From Octopus vulgaris (taxonomy: Eukaryota): a stretch of 64,000 nucleotides of DNA. The stretch spans positions 114,266,001-114,330,000 of the forward strand of contig OX597820.1 of the NCBI GenBank assembly GCA_951406725.2. Direction: 5' to 3'. The position numbers were made by a program, and so were the translations under genes. Within the stretch, counting starts at the first letter, position 1, and each line of letters opens with the position of its first letter. Below are positions 12,154 to 25,590 of this stretch, one piece after another. Below the pieces are notes generated by a model that worked only from the letters and a program-made list of their open reading frames with translations, had not been told where the DNA came from and searched no databases.

Positions 12154-12364
12154 TTTACTCTTTTACTTGTTTCAGTCATTTGACTGCGGCCATGCTGGAG
12201 CACCGCCTTTAGTTGAGCAAATCGACCCCAGGACTTATTCTTTGTAAGTCTAGTACTTATTTTATCGGTGTCTTTTGCCGAACCGCTAAGTTACAGGGAT
12301 GTAAACACACCAGCATTGGTTGTCAAGTGATGTTGGGCGGAAAAACACAGACACACAAACATAT

Positions 12365-12431
<67 letters not shown>

Positions 12432-12600
12432 TATATACAACGGGCTTCTTTCAGTTTCTGTCTACCAAATCCACTCACTAGGCTTTGGTTGGCCCGAAGC
12501 TATAGTAGAAGAAACTTGCCCAATGTGCCACGCAGTGGCACTGAACCCGGAACCATATGGTTCGTAAGCAAGCTACTTACCACACAGCCACTTCTATGCC
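12154..12600 (-). mobile_element. SINE family A, full length
   Basis: Reverse complement of 1881-2328, with internal (CA)n(TA)n. Confidence 0.9.
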
Positions 12601-13011
12601 ATGTTTGTTTACACTGTATACTATGTTGAGTTGTATACCAGAAAATACAGTATATCGGTTTCCCTAAAGATATCTTGAAATGATACCAATTCTGGCATTG
12701 CATGACACAAATACATGGTAGTTAGTAGATATAGTTGGTACTAAATTATAGAAGTCAGTGAATTATGCTAAAGAAATTCTTCTAAGGCAAATATTAGTTT
12801 TTAATATTTTTATAGAGTTAACTGGTGTATGCTGACATAAATACCTTAAATGAAATGTATCGAAATTATACTTTATGTGAAGCGAAATATTTTAGCAAAA
12901 ATATTAGCAGAAAAATATGACACTTATTAAAAAGCACTCTGTGTACATACAATTGTACGTGAAACCATATCCACTATATACATGCACTAATAGTGGGTAT
13001 ATTAATTGAAT

Positions 13012-13221
13012 TGTCAGTATTAAATATTCGTTATGGCTGATCTTACTAATTAGATTCACACTGGTTGTTAAACCAGATGTTAGATAAGAATCTGATTGTG
13101 TACCCCTGCACTCATCAGAGCTGGAAACTATGAAAAATATTTTATTTCATCTAACATTCAGTTTAACACTCAATGTGAAACCAAGTAGTAAGATCAGCCA
13201 TAATAGATATATAATACTGAA
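13012..13221. repeat. Imperfect inverted repeat / fold-back
   Basis: TTATGGCTGATCTTACTA...GTTAAAC..ATGTTAGAT pairs with ATCTAACAT..GTTTAAC...TAGTAAGATCAGCCATAA. Confidence 0.75.
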
Positions 13222-13303
13222 CACTTTAGTTTATATATATATATATATATATATAAAAGCAATGAGCACAAATAGAAGGGACAAGTTGTAACAAATGTAT
13301 GTA

Positions 13304-13388
<85 letters not shown>

Positions 13389-13524
13389 ATATATATATAG
13401 TCACTATGAGGATATTTAGACCTCTAATAGGGATATTTTTATCCAAGATATACTGGTTTAATATAATGTATTTTGAAGAGATATTTTCTCCAATGAATGT
13501 ATTATATAAAATATCAAATCTGAT

Positions 13525-13881
13525 GGATACAAATTAATTTATTAATTAATTAACATCTTCACCTATAATTGTTTCATTTTGTATCCAATTTAAACTGCAA
13601 AACCTAAATAAATCTTGTATTTCAAAATATATTGAGAGGAGAAAAAGGACAATACAAGGATTACATTATGATCTGTTGGAATACTCCCAGATATTATTCT
13701 TAGTATATTGGAGTATTCTAACAGATGGTGATGTAATCCTTGTATTGCCCTTTTTCATCCCTGATGATTTTCCTCTCGAGATATTTTGAAATGCGAGAAT
13801 ATATATTTTTATGTTAAATTGGATAATAAATGAAGCAATTGTAGGGAAGATGTTAATTAATTAATAAATTAATTTGTATCC
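13525..13881. mobile_element. Palindromic fold-back MITE-like element
   Basis: GGATACAAATTAATTTATTAATTAATTAACATCTTC at the left and its exact reverse complement at the right. The arms pair almost to the centre (about 13700). Confidence 0.8.
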
Positions 13882-13954
13882 TTTAAATATCTCTGTTTTC
13901 AAACTTAATGATAATATTATATATATATATATGAATTTTACCTCATTTAAAATA

Positions 13955-15248
13955 CAGGGTGGGGCAGAGAGGTTTTTGAACAATTCACAAAATCATTAAT
14001 TTTAGCTGCAAACAAATTTTATTGACATCAATGTGTCAAAATCAAGTATGGAAAACAACATCCATCAGATGGTGTCGGTTTTCATTGATGCATTTCTGAA
14101 GGTGTTGTTAGAAATTGGCCTCCACTCTCTCCAGCATTGCTCTGTTGATTTGGGCAACTTCCACGCAAACAGCTTCCTTCAAATCGTCCAATGTATGGAG
14201 CTTATGCACTTACATGCATGCCTTGAGGTTTTCCCACAAGAAATAATCACACGTGGACAAATCTGGGGACCGAGGGAGCCCAAGGAATGTCAGCAAACCT
14301 GGAAATGAGGTGGTTGCCGAAGAGAGGGCAAAGAATGTCCATTGATGCTCTGGCTGTGTGGGCTGTCACCCCACCCTGCTGAAACTACAAGCATTGAATA
14401 GGCATATGTTTCATTGTAATTCAGGCAGAAAGAAGTTGCTTATCATCTCGATGTAACACTTGGAGTTCACAGTAACAGCATTTCCATTATTGTCTTCAAA
14501 TAAGTAAAGACCAATGACGTCAGCTTTTCCATTAGTACACCAGACCATCACTTTTAGGCTACGCAGCGGTCTTTCATGCAGTTCTCTTTGATTTTCAAGA
14601 GCCCAACAGCGACAGTTCTGTTGATTCACTATGCCATTGAGATGAAAATGAGTTTCATCAGTCATTAACAAAATGAGGTTATCATTTGCCTCAAAAATTG
14701 CTTCCATCTGATGTGCAAAGTTAAGCTACTGTGCATAGTCCCATGTTTTCATCTGATGCCTAATGACCAATTTGTACGGGTGGAAATGTAGATCTTCATG
14801 CAAAATATGCCTTACCGATTGATTACTGATACCAACTTCAGTGGAATGTCTCTTAGCAGAGCGATTTGGACTCCGTCTCAAAGCTTTCTGAGGCATTCCA
14901 CATTTTCTGGAGTCTGTACTGTTTGTGGCATCCTCACCAGTCTTCTTGTGTACGAAGTGCATTCACTGAATGTGAGATTGTGTTATGGGTGGGAACTGCC
15001 TGATTTTGGTAAATGTTCAAGTGGCACTGAAACTCATTCAGAACTGCTATGACAGACTCGTTCTTCTTCACATAACTGTCGTAGGCAAACATGTGATGCT
15101 CTATCATTCACAGTGCCATGGCTTCATCTGAAAAGAGAAAAAATGCTAAGACACCATGGACCGAATGGTACCTGTTGGACATATGTCCCTCCCCCTGTGG
15201 TTGAGTAATAGCCATTTCAGAAACGTCCACCCTCTCTTCCCCACCCTG
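13955..15248 (-). mobile_element. Tc1/mariner element (rosa/DD41D- or maT-like) with pseudogenised transposase
   Basis: TA|CAGGGTGGGGCAGAGAGG...CCTCTCTTCCCCACCCTG|TA. Motifs TDETHFHLNG, KVMVWC and PRSPDLSTCDYFLW. Confidence 0.9.
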
Positions 15249-16545
15249 TAGTATAAAGGGTTTATATAATTTCTCAGTAAGAAAGAATGCAGAGTTAATG
15301 CTATCACTACAGTTGGCTGTGAGTATAACGACTTTTAGACAGGTATCCACTTTTGTCAATTTTATTACACTTAAAATTGTAGAAACATTAATCAAATGTG
15401 TATAGATGAAATTATTTAATTGTGATTTATTAAACAAATATTAAATAATTAGTGACATTACAGCTCTTTGATAATCTTCTAGAGAAAAATCTCCCTTTCT
15501 CTCTCACACTTTTAATTACAAAAAAGTTATCAGTATTAGCTGACAAAAACAATAAAAGATTTTCTTTGTAGGATAATTCTTTTAATACCAGCCGTCTAGG
15601 ACTGCCCCTGGTTCTATGGTACAAACTTGTTTTAAAGTAATCTAAATCATAGCCTTTTGTTAAAATTATGTCTCACACACCAGCTAAATGATGGCAGTTA
15701 TTTTACTAAATTCATCATCATTTTCAAAAGTAACTGAAGCAAAAGCACTGTTTTTCTTCAGAATTATGGTAACAAAAGAGTTAAATGTGAAGGTGATAGC
15801 TTTAATACAGAACCACTTTATTATAGTAAATATATAGTAAATACATATATAGTAAATATATAGTAAAAACATATAGTAAATATATGATCAATGACCTTGA
15901 AGGAAGATGACATAATTTAAAGTATGATTCACTGTGCCTCAAGTGAGCTAATTTAGTATTAGTATGAAGCATGTATGATCACAGCAGTTGACATTAGGAA
16001 AAGCATACCACTGTGTACATCAGGAGAGCCGTTACTAGCAGGTAGATTTATAAAGCTCTCATAGAACTTCTTTATAGCTCTACCTGCTAGTAATAGCAAC
16101 CTACTGTCTTAAAATTGCCTGTTCAGGGCTGAGCTGGGGTTACATGAGAGTCATCTACAGATGCATAGCAGAAGTAGCAGACTAAGGAAAATGTGACTGA
16201 AAACACTGGAGCTTATGAAAGAGATAACACAAAAGCAAGCTGTGTGAGGAGTTGCTGTCCTGTGAACCTATCCAACCCATGGCAAATGTTAATTGTGATT
16301 ACCACTCAAATTGTTAGTGTTTTCTATCAAAAATATATATCCTGATGATGTTCAATCTTGTCTCATATATAAACAATTACAAAAAAGAAATATTATTTTG
16401 CAAGTGCTTCACTTTGCTAACATGGGTTGGAATCAAGGTGTTGTTTCTGAAAATGTATTTAGGGGAAGGTTAGAGTGTTTTTTGTTGTTGTTATTGTTTA
16501 TTGCTAAAAGCTTTTGTATTACAATGTGTTCTGTTAAACAACATT

Positions 16546-17246
16546 GGGATCTTTTCCTTTTGAACGGCAGTTTTCAACACAATTTCTAGTTAACTAAACA
16601 CTTTTAAACTTCGTATACTGGCAGAATGTGTCAAAATAAAACATTTTTTTCTCTTGGGGAAAATTCTTCTTGAGAAAATTGTAATTTGTAAGTTTAACGT
16701 AGTTTAATTTTTCGAATTTGAACCAATCCTATGTCCTCTATTTAGCTAAAATCATTTGCTGCGTCTAAAACTGAGACAACATCCTGTCACTAACCCTCAC
16801 CCTAACCCTAACCCTAAATTTTAGCCTTTCGATTTTTTTTTCTTAATTGTTAAATTAATTTAAGGATAACAATTAAGAAAAAAAAAACGAAAGCAAAAAC
16901 TCAAGACAAAAACAAAACGAATAATTTTAGACACACGTGTAACAATTAAGAAAAAAACCCCGAAAAGCTAAAATTTAGGGTGAGGGTGAGGGTTAGAGTT
17001 AGGGTTAGTGACAGGATGTTGTCTCAGTTTTAGATGCAACAAATGATTTCAGCTCAATAGGGGACATAGGATTGGTTAAAATTCGAAAAATTAAACTACG
17101 TTAAACTTACAAATTACAATTTTCTCAAGAAAGCCAAGAGAAAAAAATGTTTTATTTTGACACATTCTACCAGTATACGAAGTTTAAAAGTGTTTAAGTT
17201 AACTAGAAATTGTGTTGAAAACTGCCGTTCAAAAGGAAAAGATCCC
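16546..17246. mobile_element. 701-bp fold-back DNA element with 6-bp TSD and internal (CCCTAA)-like repeats
   Basis: AACATT|GGGATCTTTTCCTTTTGAACGGCAG...CTGCCGTTCAAAAGGAAAAGATCCC|AACATT, with roughly 300-bp near-perfect arms. Confidence 0.9.
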
Positions 17247-18746
17247 AACATTGTGATAGTGGTGTAGTCTATCACTGTTGTGATGGAACAAAAAACTGAC
17301 TCTAGTTTATTTCTTTGTTATTGAGGTGTAATCATTTTTTTTTATACATATACTTAGAAAAATATAAAGACAAAGATTGTAGAATAAATTTCCTTAAATT
17401 AGAAATATGAATAGCAAAGACTTGGTTGTTTTTATATATTTTTTATTATATTTGCATTGAATTCAAATGTGGTAAACACGGTAAAAATGGTAGAGTGCCG
17501 GACAAAATACAATCTGGGTTGAAAGGCTATCTAGAGAAGATTTTCTACTTCATACATTCAGGGCTAATGAAAATATATTTCAGTCATGTTGTAGGGGTCA
17601 GAAATGGTCCCTTCAAAGAATTCTACATGGTTTTCTAGCAAATTTCACTCAGAAGTCTTGATTTACCAAGAAGACAATTCCTAAAGGTCCTACATTTTGG
17701 GATTGACTGTGAGATCCCGTAGTTGCAAAGTATACTTATTAACCACATATTCTTATCTCTACCTCTTCTACAGTTGTCACCTACTCTTCCCTACTTATTG
17801 TCCCTCATCACTTGTTCTTCATTGTTTTCCCTCATGCCTTCACTCTCTCTACCATCTCTCACTCAACTATACACTTTTGCAACATCTACCTATCATCTTA
17901 CACTTTCTGTTCTGTCCCCTCTCACTTCTACTTACCTTGTATCTTGAGGGTCCCACTGCTACCTCATCACCACTACTTTATCTCTTTCCAGCTCAACCAT
18001 GACCAATCCTACCCTCTCTTCTATAATGTGAGTAGCTATGTAGATCCTCTACAGCAATAAACCTGCTGTTTCTGGCTCTCTTCTGACACTCTAACCCCTC
18101 ATTCTTTGGCATACAGCTGCTTCTTCCCCTCTCTACTGTAGCCCTTACTCAGGGATTTGGTCTTGGCTGTATGGCTACCTCACTAGTACTGGTATCATGA
18201 AAGAAGCACACACTACATGCTGTAAAGTGATTGCCATTAGGAAGATTATCCACACAGCTCTCAGGTGCCTTTAGCAGAGTCAACTGGTGGTTGGATCTCT
18301 TATCTTAGGGTATCTTGATGCATGGTTTTCTACTGAAGCAAGCTATGAGTTATGGTTTCTTTCACCGTCCTCCCTCCTAGCCTTGGTGCCTGGTGGAGAA
18401 GACCATCATGGATGCTACTGTACCTTCTCTGAATAAACTATAAAATATATCTTTCAGTGTTTTGAGGTTAATAAAATATCAGGTCTCTGCCAGTAAAGTT
18501 TGTTCATCATTACCATTATCATCATCATTTAACATCCATGTTCTATGCTTGTATGGGTGGGATGGAAATTTTTGAGGCAGAATTTCTATTGCTGAATGCC
18601 TTTCCTGTTGCCAACCCTTACCTGTTTGCAAGGAAGGTAGGTTTCTCCATGGTCAGGCATGTTTTTATAGAATATTGGAAATGAATGATGATGTTTGATT
18701 GATTGTGACACTCATATACATCCATACAAACATATACATTCATTTA

Positions 18747-19982
18747 TTGGGTTGTCAGATAAATTTGTTTGTTTATTTCCAATGTTATTTGAAGTAGCAT
18801 GAAAAATATTTTTATCATATTGTTGTTTTTTTTTTGGTAGCTATATTCTTCCTCTACAACTTTTGTTTATCATTTTTGAAATTTGAATAAATTTTACTTC
18901 TTTTCAGACATATGATGATGGAGTGCCAAGTAGGAAAAAAAATGAGCGTTTTTGACACTTGGCTTCTCTTCACTTTCATTCAAGGTTCTAAAGCTACCAA
19001 AGTTGCTCAAGACATTTGTGCTGTGTATGGAGAAGATGCTATTACTGAAAGAACTGCACAGAAATGGTTTACATACTTCATGGAGGGTAATTCAAATTCA
19101 CAGACTTTTCACATTCCTCCCAACCTGTTCAGTTCAATGAGGATTGATTGAATGAACTCATCCATGTAGATCTGTGCCAATCCACCCGAGAATTGGCCCA
19201 GCAGATGGAATGCGTTCATGATATCTTCAGCTGTCACTCTCACTTGATGTGTAAAGTTCAAATGTTTGCTGCATGGGTTCCACATATTCTAAGTGAGACA
19301 AACTCCAGCTTCTCTATCACTGCCAAATTGTTTGCTTAATACTAGACAACTTGTGGACACAGAAATTACTTCACTGCATCACCAGTGATGAAAAATGATG
19401 TCTTTATGTCAATATGATGTTGAAGAAAGAAAGGCTGAGGACTGACAAGCAACCAACATCTTGAGCCAAAATCAGAGCTGCATTCACGTAAGGCAACAAT
19501 CTGTGTCTGGTGGGATTAGGAAGGGATAATCTACTACAAAATGCTTGAAGACAACCACATGGTCAATGCAGAGCTTTACATTCAGCAAATAGACTGGTTC
19601 AATAAGGCAATCCAGCTGAAACAACCCAACCAGTGACAACACTCACCTCACATCATTATATTGACCTCAAAAGCTCAATTGGGAAGTTCTATTGCACCCA
19701 ACATATTCTCCTAATGCTTTCACATTCTCACCTTTTCTGGTACCTTTCCATTGTTTGGAAGGCATTTCATTTGACAACGATGTGGAGCTGAAACTGTTGC
19801 TCAGTGAATTCTTTGAATCAAGACTTAATAATTTACACTGTCTAGGCGTTGAAAAGCTAGTGGGGCATTGCCAAGAAGTGAACAATAAAGGAAAACATAT
19901 CACTGGCTGATTTGTCAAAATTGTTGATTAAAAACTTTTTTTAAATAAATTGAAAAAATGAAAATTTATTTGACAATCTACA
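18747..19982 (+). mobile_element. mariner (DD34D) element, decayed
   Basis: TIRs TTGGGTTGTCAGATAAATTT / AAATTTATTTGACAATCTA. Motifs ICAVYGEDAITERTAQKWF, WVPH, TSDEK and PTYSPN. Confidence 0.88.
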
Positions 19983-20308
19983 TGCAGGATCACATTAGTG
20001 AATGTTTTCTTTTCTAAGCTAGTGGGGTGACTGATGAAGATTTGGCTGCTATTTCTAAAATATTGAATGATCATGAACAGGTCCCTTGCTTGCCCCATAA
20101 AGAGAAGTAACTAACAATGCCTGACATTTTATCCATTCTTAAAAATAATGATGGGTTCTGGTCTTTAGAGTCAACTCACAAATTTGTAAGGCAGTGGTGT
20201 ATGGTCAGTTGAATTAAACCCCAATATTTGACTGATATATATATGTGTGTGTGTGTATATATATTGTAGGGGTATCGTATTTTGTTATGTAATCATAATA
20301 TACTACCA

Positions 20309-20784
20309 GGGGCATTCCTACAGATGTGCAATATTGACTTTGTTTCCTCAAACTTCCAGAAAATTATTTTCAAATGAAATTTGCTACAAATATGCTTCAG
20401 ATGGTGTAGATTACACTATCAGAATTTGATATGAAGAAAAATTGAATTTGAAATTTCGGAAAAATTGTGATATGTGTTCTCACTATTTTTCTTTTCACAA
20501 CAAATTCTAATATAATTGTAATTTACACACTTCGGAAAGTATTTGTAGGAAATTTCATTAAAAAATACCCATTTTCCTGAAAGTTATGTGAAAACAAAGA
20601 CAACTCATGTGACCTTTCCAAAACTCCTCATCCACAGAAAAATCTTTTTACAATAAATTTTGATATAATCGGAATCTACATTATCTGAAGTGTATTTGTA
20701 GAAAATTTCATTAAAAAATATCCATTTTGCTGGAAATTGAGACAACAAAGTCGGGGTGGAGGCACACATCTATAAGAATGTCCT
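20309..20784. mobile_element. Non-autonomous TIR element with 4-bp TSD (Sola2-like)
   Basis: ACCA|GGGGCATTCCTACAGATGTG...CACATCTATAAGAATGTCCT|ACCA, with an internal ~50-bp direct repeat (GTATTTGTAG.AAATTTCATTAAAAAATA). Confidence 0.65.
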
Positions 20785-21509
20785 ACCAATTATATTAAAG
20801 GCTTTATAAGTCAATAGTGTGTCCTATTGTGTTAGCAGTGCTGTTGGATCACTTTGTAAGATTAACTCTACAAATTTTCATTAGAAATTGTAGCCAGTAC
20901 TGATTTGTTAGGACGTTTTGTATTTGGATCTGCCTAATGTAAGCAATGCAATTGAAGACAGAAAAAAAATAAGTAATGAGTGTAGATGCATATTTCAGGA
21001 GTTGCTTCTTCTTTAGCTGGGAGTGGCAGCTAAAAGAGCCTCTTGTTGGCTTTGGAGCAAGAGAGAGCAGTTAAGCCAGGAGAAGATGAGGAGCAGTGTT
21101 ATGGTTCAGGGTCAAAACACTTGATGAATGTTGGATACTGTCTGATGACATCAGTTCTTCCTAGCCAAAGCTCCTTTCACTTTGGTGAATGGTAAGAGTA
21201 CCTCCTTCTAGGTGTTATTAACATATGTTTGATCTTGAAAGGATGAAATGTAAACTAGAATTTAAAATACTGAAAGAAATTTAGCACTGCAATGTTTCTG
21301 CAACCATTGTAATAATTTCTTGTATGGGTATATGGCCAATAATTTTGGGGAGTTATTAGATGATTAAGTTGAACCCAGTATTTAACTGGTACTTTATTGT
21401 AGTGAGCCTGGAAGGATGAAAGGCAAAACTTTTTGACAGGATTTGAACTCAGTAAGCAAAGATGTGAAATAAATACCATAAGGTATTTCATACAGAAATA
21501 CTTCATTAA

Positions 21510-21729
21510 CCTTTTCATTACTGCATTTATTTTGAGATGCTCTGTGTTTCTTTCAATCATTTTAAATATAACAAAGAATTTTGTAAAATAGCTTAGTTAT
21601 CATTCAGCTAGTGTTTGGAACATAAATTGTGACTAAGGTTTGGTGGAATATTTTAATTCAAAACTTATGAAAACAAGATATTTTACCACAGAGCCAGAGC
21701 CGGTTTTGGCCGGGTTAGTAACAAAAGGG
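21510..21729. mobile_element. piggyBac-type MITE (5755 family, opposite orientation)
   Basis: TTAA flanks on both sides and a reverse-complement match to 5755-5974. Confidence 0.85.
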
Positions 21730-23288
21730 TTAATATGTAGCAGTATATAGTAAATTTAAGGTCAATGAAAGATATTAATCTTGAAAGAAAAATGTATTCA
21801 ACCGTCAAGAGTGAGGAAGATCATCTGGTCATCCTGAAGGAGACTGATGACTTGTTTCAAGTGAAGAAGAGTTACACACCCTTGACCTCACTCCTGATCA
21901 TCTTTGATCCAGAGTCAAGATGACTGGGGATGGAGACGGATGCAGCGGAGGACCAAAATGTCTTCCTTGCCTCATCTTGCTCTCTCCGCTTCCCAGTCAC
22001 TTTCTTCTCTATTGAACCATGCAGGTTTCTTCCACAGAGTCTGTCAGATCCAGTCTTCACCTGCATAGGTAGGCAAGCCCCAATATGCTAATTAACCCAT
22101 AGCTGGGTGCTTCTCCATTGGGTCAGAGTAGACCTGGAACAATAGTAGCTATGAGGTGGTTCCACACTCCTCAAAACCCTGCAACTTCTGAACGAGGGTT
22201 CCACTACAGGATGCAGCTTAAAGTCATACCCAGGACATGAAAAATGAATACAGACACAGACATAAATTAAAGAATGAGTTCTCATATTCCAGCTGGGAAC
22301 TAATTTAGTGTTAATATCATAATCTATCAAAACAGCTGACAATAGACAGAGTTGCTACTGCAACCAGAAATGCCACCAGACATATCAGGTGGAATAAAGC
22401 AACTAGGTGTCTCAGATCATTTCAGTTTACAGCACTTGTTAACAGGGTTTACCTATTTCTTTATTACCCACAAGGGGCTAAACAAAGACAGACATAAGTA
22501 TTAAGTCGATTACATTGCCCCCAGTGCATAACTGGTACTTATTTAATCGACCCCAAAAGGATGAAAGGCAAAGTTGACCTTGGTGGAATTTGAACTCACA
22601 ACGTAATGGCAGACAAAATAGCGCTAAGCATTTCACCTGGCATGCTAACGTTTCTGCCAGCTCTATGAACCAACCTATGGTCTATTAACTCAGATGAATT
22701 GTGGTTCTGTCACGTCTTGCACGTCTTTTGTCTCGATATGGCTTACTCATTGTTACATTTTAGTGTAGACATTCCTGTGAAGATGCTGTCTCTCAATCTT
22801 TGGTCATTTTGCACATACAACTCAGACAGCTTATGCCTGACATTTGCTACTTCCCTAAACCAAGACCTTCAAAACACTCTCCAGTATGATGCTTATAATG
22901 TTAATTATATTATCATTATTATTGTAACAGAAAGTTCCTGTGAAACTTTCTTTTCTTTAAGGAGAGTGTTATGAGAATGTAAGTTTGGCCCATTGGTTGG
23001 GTTTGAACTGATGGAGTCACTATGTGTAGTCACCAATTGTTCTCAAAGAAAATTAAAAAAAGGTTGCCTCCTCTTTGCTCCACTTGGCTCAAAGTTGTTG
23101 CTTTGGGTGAGAAGATTCTTGCATTTGGGGGGAGAAACAATGGCGTGGCATACCCTTGCCAAATTATTTTGTAAGTATAAAAGACAGTGGCTGAGAGGTG
23201 AGAATAAACTTCAGCATGACTTTGGATTATACAGCTTTGGCCCGACTTTGGATTGGGAACAGTTTCCTTGTCTACAGTAAGCGTAACA

Positions 23289-23323
<35 letters not shown>

Positions 23324-23439
23324 AAGAGTGTGTGGTAAAAAATTTGCTTCTCAACCAAGTATCTTCTACTATAGCCTTAAACTGACCAAAGCCTTGTGGG
23401 TGGATTTGGTAGATGGAAACTAAAAGAAGCCTGTCATAG

Positions 23440-25400
23440 TCCATAAACCCAGTTGTACAAAACAAGACATTATTCATAAAAAGTAACTTTGGCTTCACTA
23501 GAGACAAAATAGGTATAATCTTAGTGTCTAGGAGCACGATAATAGAATATGGAGGCAAACATCAGATCTGGTCCAACAGAGATGCATTTGACATAACAAT
23601 GGGGTCTAGCAATTCAGTACAAGTAATGGATATAGCAGGAATATACTTATCATCACAAATAGAATCTTGGTTCCTGAACTTAGTTGGCAGGGATTATATA
23701 GAGATGATGTATTTACAGTACAAAAAGTAGTAACGTAGAAATAGAAAGTTGTAAGAAAAAACTTTTAAAATTCTTTGAAAACTTTGGATTGGAAATAGAA
23801 ATAGAAAAAAAATCATAGAGTTCTAAAATTCCTAGACGTAAAGCTTAGCCTCAATGATGGAAAGTAAGAACTGTTCCATAAGCCAAATGAAAACTTAAAA
23901 TATGTGAGCCACAGATCTAACCATCTGGAACATGTACTTCAAAGTATCTGAAAAGTGTGTCTAACAGAATGTCCACACTATCTTTGGAAAACCAATATTC
24001 AACATACACACCAAATATTACAACTCAGCACTAGCTAGGGCAGGTATAAGCATAGAATAGTATATGTACAGAATAGAGCAGAGAAGGCTCATCACCCAGA
24101 GAGCATTATTAATATTAGAGATTATCCTGTAAATAACCACAGAATACTAGACCCTAAAAGAATAGTAAATGTAATAGGGATCAAAATGGGAAAAAGGAAC
24201 CATAACACTAAGAAGGGGAGATACAAAATGGAACCCATAAAACAGCAGGTCAGAGTAGAATGAAAGGGACCAGTAAATGTAGATAGAAATAGTAAACGGA
24301 GAAGAAACAGATAAAATGAAATACAGTAAGAAACCCAATAAGTCTATTTTTAAAAAATGGAAAAATAAGTGATAAAATTATTTGGTTTAATCCAAGTTTT
24401 AATTCACAAATAAAATCAAAATAGGTCAGGAATTCTTCTCAGCATTAGATAGACACTTCCCCAAATCTTCCAAATATCAAAAATCATCAACAGGCATAAT
24501 ATGAAATTAGCATATGCAATTTCTCACAATCTAGAATACTACATACTCAAATTAACCCTTTAGCATTTAAACCGGCCATATCTGGCCAAAATACGCCAGG
24601 TTTTTGTTCAAGCTGGCCTGATCTAACCTCTCACACCTATCCTACAATGCCATTCTAAAAATAGACAATAATATCAAAATTTCAAAGGTATGAGACAATT
24701 CATGATTAATTCAAAACAATATGAATAAATAAGCTTTACATTTGGCAGAATAAAAGGGTTAAATAACATAAAACTCAATAGGATAAAACTAGAAGGGGCT
24801 TACAGAAAAAACCACAGATGAAAACAAAATAACAATGGAATGGTTGCAAATAGGAATGACAAAAGCTCATCCAAACCAAAATGGGTCCAAACAGTGCCAA
24901 ACAACTGGCAGTGCAATCTACACCTAAGGAAAATGAGAACTGTTACAGGAGAAAAAACAAATGTGACCACCAGGAATAATTCTGCTTACAGAAGCAGAAA
25001 AGATAATATAACATGTAACTGTAGACAGAAAAATGGATGCAAGTTTAACAACTGCATGATAGAGAACATGGTTTACAAATGTAAAGTAAAGATGGGTACA
25101 CACAAATATGTGTACATTAGTGGTACTGGAGACACCATGAAAAATCATCTGTGCAGTCATCTTACATCATTTTCCAATGTAAATAAAAGGCACTCCACAT
25201 CATTATCTAACCTCATATGGAGGCTCAAACAGAATGGAATGGAGCATATGACCAACTGATCTATAATATAAAATGCTACACCATACAATAGAACATTGCA
25301 AGTGTGCAACTTATGCTTAAAGGAAATCCTGGAGATCATCACATCCAGAGAAAATATAATTGACATTCCAAAGTTATATCTAGAAAGCATAGAGCAAGGC
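23440..25400 (+). mobile_element. Penelope-like retroelement (RT + GIY-YIG), decayed, probably Naiad-type
   Basis: FDITMGS, GLYRDD, KFLDV, HKPN..KYV...SNH and IIWFNP motifs. Linker CNC-x5-C-x4-C, then VYKCKV...VYISGT (GIY-YIG), STSLSNLIWRLK and CNLCLKE. Many stops and frameshifts. Confidence 0.85.
24556..24758. mobile_element. piggyBac-type MITE nested in the Penelope ORF
   Basis: TTAA|CCCTTTAGCA...TAAAAGGG|TTAA. A related inverted copy lies at about 49438-49657. Confidence 0.75.
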
Positions 25401-25590
25401 ATCATTCCTAGAATTCAAAAAGAACATTTTTAAACAGAAAAACACTAACCACCTTTAGCATATAATGGAACATGTTTTAATTTGACAGAGGGATCAGTAA
25501 TCATTTTCAAACAAGGAATCTTTACAATAAAAAAATAACTTCACCTGTGCATCTGAAAATCTAATCTATGCAACAACATACTTAGGATGT

